From: Dehalococcoidia bacterium
GTDB lineage: Bacteria > Chloroflexota > Dehalococcoidia > Bin125
Assembly (NCBI GenBank): GCA_022825265.1
Contig: JAJDXE010000015.1
Coordinates: 6,468 to 70,467 of the forward strand
Direction of reading: 5' to 3'
Length of the DNA stretch: 64,000 nucleotides
This document shows, piece after piece, positions 55,888 to 64,000 of the stretch (its first letter is position 1; each line of letters begins with the position of its first letter). The position numbers and the translations under genes are program-made. The notes beneath the pieces were generated by a model that was not told where the DNA came from, did not search any database, and saw only the letters and a list, made by a program, of their open reading frames with translations.

Positions 55888-56997
55888 ATGAGCGCCAGGA
55901 GCGGTCTCGATGCGCCTCTCGACTCAGAGAGGGCGGCGCACTATCGAGATGTGTTCCACCGCTTCGCCCGGGTCGAGTCGCCCGACCTCGCCTCGCCGAT
56001 GTACGCGGAGTTGGCCTACGGTATCTCGCTGGATCACGAACTCCTGGAACTGGCAGCGCAGAAGCGGCGGCGGCAGCCGGCGCCGAACATGCTCTTTGCC
56101 GCCGTGCAGTACCTGCTGCTCAGCCGCGGCGCGTATGCCGACCATCCGCTGGCGGCGCACTACCCGATCGTGTCGGGCGAGGAGCGCCCAATGGAGCCGG
56201 CCTTCCCCGCCTTCCGCGACTTCTGCCTCTCCCATCGCGACGAGATCGTCAAACTGATTTCCACGCACCGGACCCAAACCAATGTCGTCCGCCGGTGTAC
56301 TTGTCTCTTACCGGTGTTCTCGATGATCCAGCGGGAATCCGGCTTGCCGCTCGCCCTGATCGATGTCGGCGCCAGCGCCGGACTCAACCTCAACGTCGAC
56401 AGATACCGCTACCGCTATCTGAGAGGCGGCCAGGAAGAAGCCGCCTGGGGCCACGCCGAGGCCCGGGTGGAGCTGGAGGCCGAACTGCGCGGCGGCGGCG
56501 CGATGCCGCCTCTGGCCGACGACCTGTCGGTCTGGTTCCGAGGCGGGATAGACATCAATCCGATCGACCTGAGCAATGAAGATGAACTGCGCTGGCTCAG
56601 AGCATTGATCTGGCCCGAGCACGTCGAGCGACACCAGCGATTGATTGACGGCGCTCACGAGTTGGCCAGGTCGCCGGTCGACCTACGTGCAGGAGACGCC
56701 GTGGAGTTACTGCCTGAGATGATCGCCGAGGCGCCCACCGAGGCAGCGCTGACGGTCTACTCGACCGTGGCGCTCTACCAGATACCGACAGCCGGACGCG
56801 AGCGGATCTTCGAGACGCTCGCCCAGACCAGCATGGACCGCCCGGTCTGGCTGGTCACCCTGGAGGCGTTTCTCGACGACATCGGCGATGCGCAGCAGCC
56901 GCAGCTGGCGATCACCCGATTCACCGGCGGCAAGTCGGAGCGCCAGCTCCTGGCGAGATCCTCGCCGCACGGCTGGTGGATCGAGTGGGCGGCGTGA
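55888..56997 (+). CDS. DUF2332-like protein (possible SAM-methyltransferase-like fold)
   Basis: LIDVGASAGLNL motif. Assignment is from memory of the DUF2332 pattern. Confidence 0.5.
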   Translation: MSARSGLDAPLDSERAAHYRDVFHRFARVESPDLASPMYAELAYGISLDHELLELAAQKRRRQPAPNMLFAAVQYLLLSRGAYADHPLAAHYPIVSGEERPMEPAFPAFRDFCLSHRDEIVKLISTHRTQTNVVRRCTCLLPVFSMIQRESGLPLALIDVGASAGLNLNVDRYRYRYLRGGQEEAAWGHAEARVELEAELRGGGAMPPLADDLSVWFRGGIDINPIDLSNEDELRWLRALIWPEHVERHQRLIDGAHELARSPVDLRAGDAVELLPEMIAEAPTEAALTVYSTVALYQIPTAGRERIFETLAQTSMDRPVWLVTLEAFLDDIGDAQQPQLAITRFTGGKSERQLLARSSPHGWWIEWAA

Positions 56998-57006
56998 AGC
57001 GCTTGG

Positions 57007-58014
57007 CTAGCCCTTGAGCGCTTCGAGGATCTTGGCGAACTCGTTGGGGTCGCTCTCCATCACGTTGACGCTGTGGAGGAGGGCGCCGGCGGCTTGTTCC
57101 TGCTCGAGGCGCTCGACGCATTCCTCGGTCGTGCCGACGAAGCCGAACTGCTCGAGCATCTCGCCGGGGATCGACTGGGCGGCCGCTCCGCCGCCGCCCT
57201 CCTTCCAGGCGAGTCGGGCTGCGTTGGCCTCGTCTTCGTAGCCCTGTCGCGAGAGCTGGCGGTAGTAGAACTCGCCCATGCGAGCGCAGTAGAAGGCGAG
57301 GGTGCCGGCCTGTCCGGCGCGGGCGCGAGCCTGGTCCTCGGGCGAGTTGGCGACGGTCACGCCGCCAGGCGCGCGGATCGTGAAGTCGGCCGGGTCCTTG
57401 CCCGCCTCGCGGACCCAGTCGTTGACCAAATCGATCTCTTCCTTGAGCCGGTCCATCGGGATCATGATCGGCAGCCAGCCGTCGGAGATCTCGGCGGTCA
57501 TTTTGACCGATTTGGGGTTGAGTGTGGCCAGGTAAATCGGCAGTTGCTTGCGGTAGGTGTCGAAGCGCAGGGTGAAACCACGCTGGAGCTTGAACAGGTC
57601 GCCGTCGTAGTTGAGCCGCTCGCCGGAGAAGAGGATCTTCATGATCTCGACGGTCTCGCGCATGCGCTTGAACGCCGGCTGGAAGGGCACCCCGTGGAAG
57701 TGCTCGATCACCTGCGGTCCGGAGTTGCCCAGTCCGACGATCACGCGGCCTTCGGACAGTTCGTCAATCGTGGCGAAATGCTGCGCCAATGCCGCCGGCG
57801 TACGTGAGTAGATGTTCACGATGCCGGTGGCGACCTGCACGTTGCTGGTGCGTTCGGCGAGTTGGACGAGCGTGGTGAATGCGTCCTGGCCCCAGGCCTC
57901 GGCGACCCAGAGCGAGTCGATTCCGACCTCGTCCGCGATCTGCGCCCGCTTGAGCGAGGTCTCGCGGTCCATCGATCCTTGCCAGTCGAATCCCATGCCA
58001 ATGCGTCGGCTCAT
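57007..58014 (-). CDS. LLM class F420-dependent oxidoreductase
   Basis: Luciferase-like TIM-barrel pattern (LWVAEAWGQD...GLGNSGPQVIEHFHGV). Confidence 0.85.
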   Translation of the reverse strand: MSRRIGMGFDWQGSMDRETSLKRAQIADEVGIDSLWVAEAWGQDAFTTLVQLAERTSNVQVATGIVNIYSRTPAALAQHFATIDELSEGRVIVGLGNSGPQVIEHFHGVPFQPAFKRMRETVEIMKILFSGERLNYDGDLFKLQRGFTLRFDTYRKQLPIYLATLNPKSVKMTAEISDGWLPIMIPMDRLKEEIDLVNDWVREAGKDPADFTIRAPGGVTVANSPEDQARARAGQAGTLAFYCARMGEFYYRQLSRQGYEDEANAARLAWKEGGGGAAAQSIPGEMLEQFGFVGTTEECVERLEQEQAAGALLHSVNVMESDPNEFAKILEALKG

Positions 58015-58130
58015 GTGTCGTTCCTCGTCAAGTGGTCGTGGTTGGTCCCGATCAGCCTAACGGCGACCGTGCCAGCGGCCCGCGATTAGGCTGCCTGCAG
58101 CACATGCAGGAATGATGATCAGGAGCGCCC

Positions 58131-58904
58131 ATGTCCGTCAGCTACGAAGTCTCCGAGCGCATCGCGACAATCACGCTCGACCGCCCTGAAGCGTTGAACT
58201 CGTTCGATCGTGAGCAGTACGCAGCCTTCGCCGAGGCCTGCGCGCGATTCAAGGACGACGATGACGCCTGGGCAGCGATCATCGCCGGGGCTGGCGACCG
58301 CGCGTTCTCAGCAGGCGCCGACCTGCGCGACATGATTCCGGCGTTGATGGACGAGCCGTCGAAGGAACGATTTGAGCTGGCTCCCAGCATCATGCGCGGG
58401 ATGTACATCTCGAAACCGCTGATCGCGGCGATCAACGGATACGCCTTCGGCGGCGGGCTTGAGGTCGCGCTCGCCTGCGACATCCGCATCGCAGCGAGCG
58501 GCGCGCAGATGGGTCAGCCTGAGGTTGGCCTTGGCCTGCTTCCCGGCTGGGGCGGCACACAGCGCTTGCCTCGGCTGCTGGGCGAGAGCCGGGCGATGGA
58601 GATCATCCTGACCGGCGACCCGCTGTCGGCCGAGCGCGCACTGGAGATTGGGTTGGTGCATCGGGTTGTCGAGGCGGACGAGTTGATGGACGCGGCGCGG
58701 GCGATGGCGGATCGGATCAATCGCAACGGGCCGCTGGCGGTGCGGGCCTGCAAGTCGGCGGCGGTGCGCGGGATGCAGACCTCGTTGGACGAGGGCTTGC
58801 GGATTGAGCAACTCTACTTTGAGCGTCTGGCCTACACGGACGACGTGAAGGAAGGCGTGGCCGCCTTCAATGAGCGTCGGACAGCGGAGTTCACGGGCAG
58901 CTAG
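58131..58904 (+). CDS. enoyl-CoA hydratase/isomerase family protein
   Basis: Crotonase motifs (ITLDRPEALNS...AGADL...GYAFGGG). Confidence 0.9.
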   Translation: MSVSYEVSERIATITLDRPEALNSFDREQYAAFAEACARFKDDDDAWAAIIAGAGDRAFSAGADLRDMIPALMDEPSKERFELAPSIMRGMYISKPLIAAINGYAFGGGLEVALACDIRIAASGAQMGQPEVGLGLLPGWGGTQRLPRLLGESRAMEIILTGDPLSAERALEIGLVHRVVEADELMDAARAMADRINRNGPLAVRACKSAAVRGMQTSLDEGLRIEQLYFERLAYTDDVKEGVAAFNERRTAEFTGS

Positions 58905-58909
58905 TCCGG

Positions 58910-59383
58910 TTAGAAGCGCCAGCGGGTGGCGCTGTTGGGGAAGTCGTGCTCTCGCCAGGCGATGACCTTGGCGGGACGGAGCCTGAAGGCCGTCTCGCTG
59001 CCATCGCCGACCAATCCGTACTTGGCTTGATATGCCTCCGCCACCGTGTCGATTGGGCCGGCGGTCTCGATGACACCGAACAGCAAGACAACATCGTCGC
59101 CGCTCTCGAGATGTACCTCGGCAGCCCCGTCTCGTAGCAGATTCCTGCCTGTCAGCGACTCAGGACCTGTGAAGAACCAAAAGGCGTCCTCGAACCAGAT
59201 GCCCCAGACGGGGACGGAGTGGGCGCGTCCCGACGGTCTGGTCGTAGCCACCCAGTAGTTGCGCGATTCGACGAGGCGGGCGGTCACATCGCTCCATTCG
59301 ATCGGCGTGAATGGGTACTGCGGATCGCCGATGCCGTAGCCGGGATCGATGTCGGGGCGTTCGGGTTCGGGCGCGAGCGGCAT
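58910..59383 (-). CDS. pyridoxamine 5'-phosphate oxidase family (FMN/F420-binding split barrel) protein
   Basis: 157 aa PPOX-like pattern. Confidence 0.65.
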   Translation of the reverse strand: MPLAPEPERPDIDPGYGIGDPQYPFTPIEWSDVTARLVESRNYWVATTRPSGRAHSVPVWGIWFEDAFWFFTGPESLTGRNLLRDGAAEVHLESGDDVVLLFGVIETAGPIDTVAEAYQAKYGLVGDGSETAFRLRPAKVIAWREHDFPNSATRWRF

Positions 59384-59406
59384 GGTTTACTTCGACTTAC
59401 TTCGAC

Positions 59407-59817
59407 TTACTCGGTTGAAGCCAGCGGGTCGTAGGTGCCGAAGTGCCAGAAGTTGCCTTCGGGGTCGCGGACCGTGAACGCGTGCGAACCGTAGTCGGTG
59501 TCTTCGAGCGGGAATGCGACGGGGGCGCCCGCATCCTGGGCTCGTTGGTACAGCTCGTCGACCTGTTCGTTCGACTCAGCAGTCAAGCTGACGGATGCCT
59601 TGCCGATCGACTCGTTCAGCGGGTCGTCCTCGCCGCGGGCTGATCCGAGCATGACCAGGCTGCCGCGCCATTCCAACTCGGCGTGGGCGAGGCCGCCGTT
59701 GCCGTCGGGCACGATCATCCTCTCGGTGAAGCCGAACGTGTTGCGCAGCCACTCGATCAGCGCCTGGGCGTCGTCGGCGCGGAATGCGGGAATGATTGTC
59801 TGGTGTGCCATGTGCAA
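59407..59817 (-). CDS. VOC family (glyoxalase/bleomycin-resistance fold) protein
   Basis: TDYGSHAFTVRDPEGNFWHFGTY C-terminus. Paralog of 59829-60224. Confidence 0.8.
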   Translation of the reverse strand: MHMAHQTIIPAFRADDAQALIEWLRNTFGFTERMIVPDGNGGLAHAELEWRGSLVMLGSARGEDDPLNESIGKASVSLTAESNEQVDELYQRAQDAGAPVAFPLEDTDYGSHAFTVRDPEGNFWHFGTYDPLASTE

Positions 59818-59828
59818 TCTCGCGAGTC

Positions 59829-60224
59829 CTATTCCTCGGCCAGGGCGTCGTAGGTGCCCAGATGCCAGTGGTTGCCTTCGTAATCTTCGACGGTGAAGGC
59901 GTGGGAGCCGTAATCGGTGTCGGTCAGGGGTTGGATCACTTTGACGCCGGCCGCGACGGCGTTGGCGTAGACCTCGTCGACCTGCTCCGCCGACTCGGCA
60001 GTCAGGCTCAGCGAACCGTGTTGATGCGGCAGGTCGTGGGCGTCGCCCTGCAGGTCGCCGAGCATGACCAGGGAGCCTCGAAAGGCCATCTGGGCGTGCT
60101 CCACGCGTCCGTCCTCATTGCGGACGACGAAGTGCTCGGTGAAGCCGAAGGTGTCCTGCATCCACTTGATGGCGCGGTTGGAGTCGACGTAGCGCAGCGA
60201 GGGAACGATGGTTTGGTGGGGCAT
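59829..60224 (-). CDS. VOC family (glyoxalase/bleomycin-resistance fold) protein
   Basis: TDYGSHAFTVEDYEGNHWHLGTY. Tandem paralog. Confidence 0.8.
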   Translation of the reverse strand: MPHQTIVPSLRYVDSNRAIKWMQDTFGFTEHFVVRNEDGRVEHAQMAFRGSLVMLGDLQGDAHDLPHQHGSLSLTAESAEQVDEVYANAVAAGVKVIQPLTDTDYGSHAFTVEDYEGNHWHLGTYDALAEE

Positions 60225-60482
60225 GGACGGATCCTCTCGTTATGTGCCGGGGAATTGCACGATTCCCTGTGTTTTGCAGGGGATCGTGGGTTCTGCGCGT
60301 TCGGGTTTGATCGGATTTGATCGGATTTGTTCGGAAAAGTTCCGATTATGTATCGCCTTTTGCGAGGGATATTCGGAGTTTGTCGAGCGTGTTCGACGCC
60401 GGTTGACGAGGAAGGGAAAAGGGCTCATGTCGTCACCAGTGCAGAGCTGGAGATAGATTGCCTGTTCGTGATTATCACGCTA

Positions 60483-62612
<2,130 letters not shown>

Positions 62613-62696
62613 GGCTCAACCTTAACAGCGCACATACTCAGAGATTCGGGGTGAGTGATAACGTTTCGGGCGACTCGGAACGTGAAAGGTCAGTTC

Positions 62697-63464
62697 ATGA
62701 GTCCGATTGAACAGGCACTGGCTCCGCTTGGTCGCCTGGTGAGTCCGGCGGTGAATCAACTGAGGCTGGATCGGCCGAGCAACCAGGCGACGGCTCGGCA
62801 GTTGATGGCCGAAGTGCTCGGCACGTTCGGGCTGGTGTTGTTCTGCGCCGGATCGTCGCACGTGAACTGGTGGTCCGGCGGTTCGCTCGGCGCGCTGGGT
62901 GTGGGACTGGCCAACGGATTCGGCGTGGCGGTGATGATCTTTGCCTTCTGGGCGATCTCGGGCGCGCATCTGAATCCGGCGGTCTCGCTGGGACTGTGGC
63001 TGACGGGCAAGCTGCCGGGCCGCAAGCTGGCGCCGTACGTGGGCGCACAACTGGTGGGTGCGTTGATCGCGTCGTCGGTGATGCACGGGCTGTTCCGCAA
63101 TCACACGGGCGAGGGCGAATCGTGGTTGGGGGCGAACTTCAGTGACGGCCCGCTGATCCAGGCATTCGGGACCGAGGTCGTGATCACGTTCTTCCTGGTC
63201 TACGCGATCCTGATGATGGCCGAGCGGGGGCGCGGCGCGACCGTCGTTGCGATCGCGGTCGGTCTGTACGTGGCTGCGGCGGTGACGATGGCCGGCAGCG
63301 TCTCAGGCGCGTCGATGAACCCGGCCCGGTCGTTTGGTCCGGCGGCGATTGCCTGGTTCTGGGACGACCACTGGGTCTACTGGGTCGCGCCGGGGGTCGG
63401 TGCGTTGATTGCCTCGGTCTTCTTCGCGGTGTTGCGTGATCGGAGCGGATCGGACAGCGGCTAG
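62697..63464 (+). CDS. MIP/aquaporin family channel
   Basis: Two NPA boxes (HLNPAVS, NPARSFG), six TM segments, GAAAGG RBS. Confidence 0.9.
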   Translation: MSPIEQALAPLGRLVSPAVNQLRLDRPSNQATARQLMAEVLGTFGLVLFCAGSSHVNWWSGGSLGALGVGLANGFGVAVMIFAFWAISGAHLNPAVSLGLWLTGKLPGRKLAPYVGAQLVGALIASSVMHGLFRNHTGEGESWLGANFSDGPLIQAFGTEVVITFFLVYAILMMAERGRGATVVAIAVGLYVAAAVTMAGSVSGASMNPARSFGPAAIAWFWDDHWVYWVAPGVGALIASVFFAVLRDRSGSDSG

Positions 63465-64000
63465 CTGTCGATGCCCGCAGCTCGGAGCGCGATTCGTAGG
63501 GCTCGGTAATTGTTTCGGGTGAAGTGGTAGCCGCTCATACCGGTCTTCTGGGCTCCGAGTACGTTTTCCTCCAGATCGTCGATGAAGAAGCAGTGCTCGG
63601 GTGCGACGCCGATCTCACCGGCAGCGTGGTGGAAGATCTCGGGATCGGGTTTGCGCATGCCGATCTCGCCTGAGACGACGATCGCGTCCCAGTCGACCTC
63701 GACCGGGAGGTTGCTGAGGAAGCGGTCGCGCAGGTCGTCTGGGGCGTTGGAGAGCACGCCGATCTTGTGTCCGGCGGCCTGCAGGTCGTGGGCAAGCTCG
63801 AAGTTGGGGTGGTGATACTGCCAGGGCTGGGCGTACCAGGCGTCGAGCAAGTCCTGGACCGCTTCGACGACGTTGCCTTGCAGGTAGGGGGAGAGGCTCT
63901 GTTCGACGCCTCGTTGCCAGGTGTCCCAGTTGCCGCGGCCGGTTTCGATCGCGTGCCACTCGGGCGTGCGGTAGAAGGCGTCGATCAGGCTGCCGGCCGG
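63461..64000 (-). CDS. HAD-IA family hydrolase (3' portion; N-terminus beyond window end)
   Basis: C-terminal HAD motifs (GVLSN...FFIDD). The ORF stays open to the window edge. Confidence 0.65.
   Translation of the reverse strand, partial: PAGSLIDAFYRTPEWHAIETGRGNWDTWQRGVEQSLSPYLQGNVVEAVQDLLDAWYAQPWQYHHPNFELAHDLQAAGHKIGVLSNAPDDLRDRFLSNLPVEVDWDAIVVSGEIGMRKPDPEIFHHAAGEIGVAPEHCFFIDDLEENVLGAQKTGMSGYHFTRNNYRALRIALRAAGIDS

Noticed and set aside
59384-60335. CRISPR array (short tandem direct repeats GTCGAAGTAA and GGATTTGATC, and ACACCTGAAC at 48991-49030)
   Set aside because: The units are 10 nt with no spacers, have only 2-4 copies, and no cas genes are nearby. They are simple tandem repeats or binding-site arrays, not CRISPR.

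Overview
This is a high-GC (by eye roughly two-thirds G+C), gene-dense chromosomal window in which almost every gap is accounted for by a recognisable protein. The gene content looks like an F420-using, high-GC Gram-positive or Chloroflexi-type bacterium; that is inference, not a hit. The evidence is four luciferase-like (LLM) flavin/F420 oxidoreductases, three PPOX-class F420-type proteins, several SDRs, two enoyl-CoA hydratases, an acyl-CoA dehydrogenase and a CoA-transferase. Housekeeping genes are also present: ruvB, recQ, lhr, clpS, two phosphohexomutases, a SulP transporter, an aquaporin and a heterodimeric ABC exporter pair. I found no rRNA, tRNA, CRISPR array, transposase or integrase.

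The most interesting observations, in order:
1. A standalone reverse transcriptase (RT motifs 1-7; catalytic box WSDD instead of YADD) lies alone in a markedly lower-GC islet of about 1.7 kb (33953-35640) between lhr and an M20 peptidase. It is a candidate single-gene Abi/DRT/UG-type defence RT and is not obviously a group II intron or retron RT.
2. A GrdB/PrdB (selenoprotein B) family gene (26016-27347) carries an in-frame TGA at 26493-26495. Conserved coding continues on both sides and a UxxC motif sits at the position of the family's selenocysteine, so it is a candidate selenoprotein in a non-Stickland context.
3. Short dispersed repeats form two families. One is a CTGAAC direct-repeat array with 10-11 bp phasing, joined to a roughly 65-nt module CGCACGATCTCC...A7 upstream of VOC and LLM genes. 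The other is a set of GC-rich multi-hairpin REP-like elements, one copy of which is inserted in-frame inside a DUF255/YyaL thioredoxin-domain gene, adding about 19 aa.
4. Tandem paralog arrays are unusually dense: five VOC/PhnB-like genes, three esterases, two double-domain PPOX proteins, two SDR pairs, two VOC genes and two phosphomannomutases.
5. A class-II Fic protein sits behind a perfect 13-bp palindrome in an AT-rich spacer, with an ADP-ribosylglycohydrolase nearby.

Coordinates for CDSs follow the supplied ORF track, with internal starts chosen where homology or RBS evidence supports them. Coordinates for repeats and hairpins are hand-counted and may be off by a base or two.
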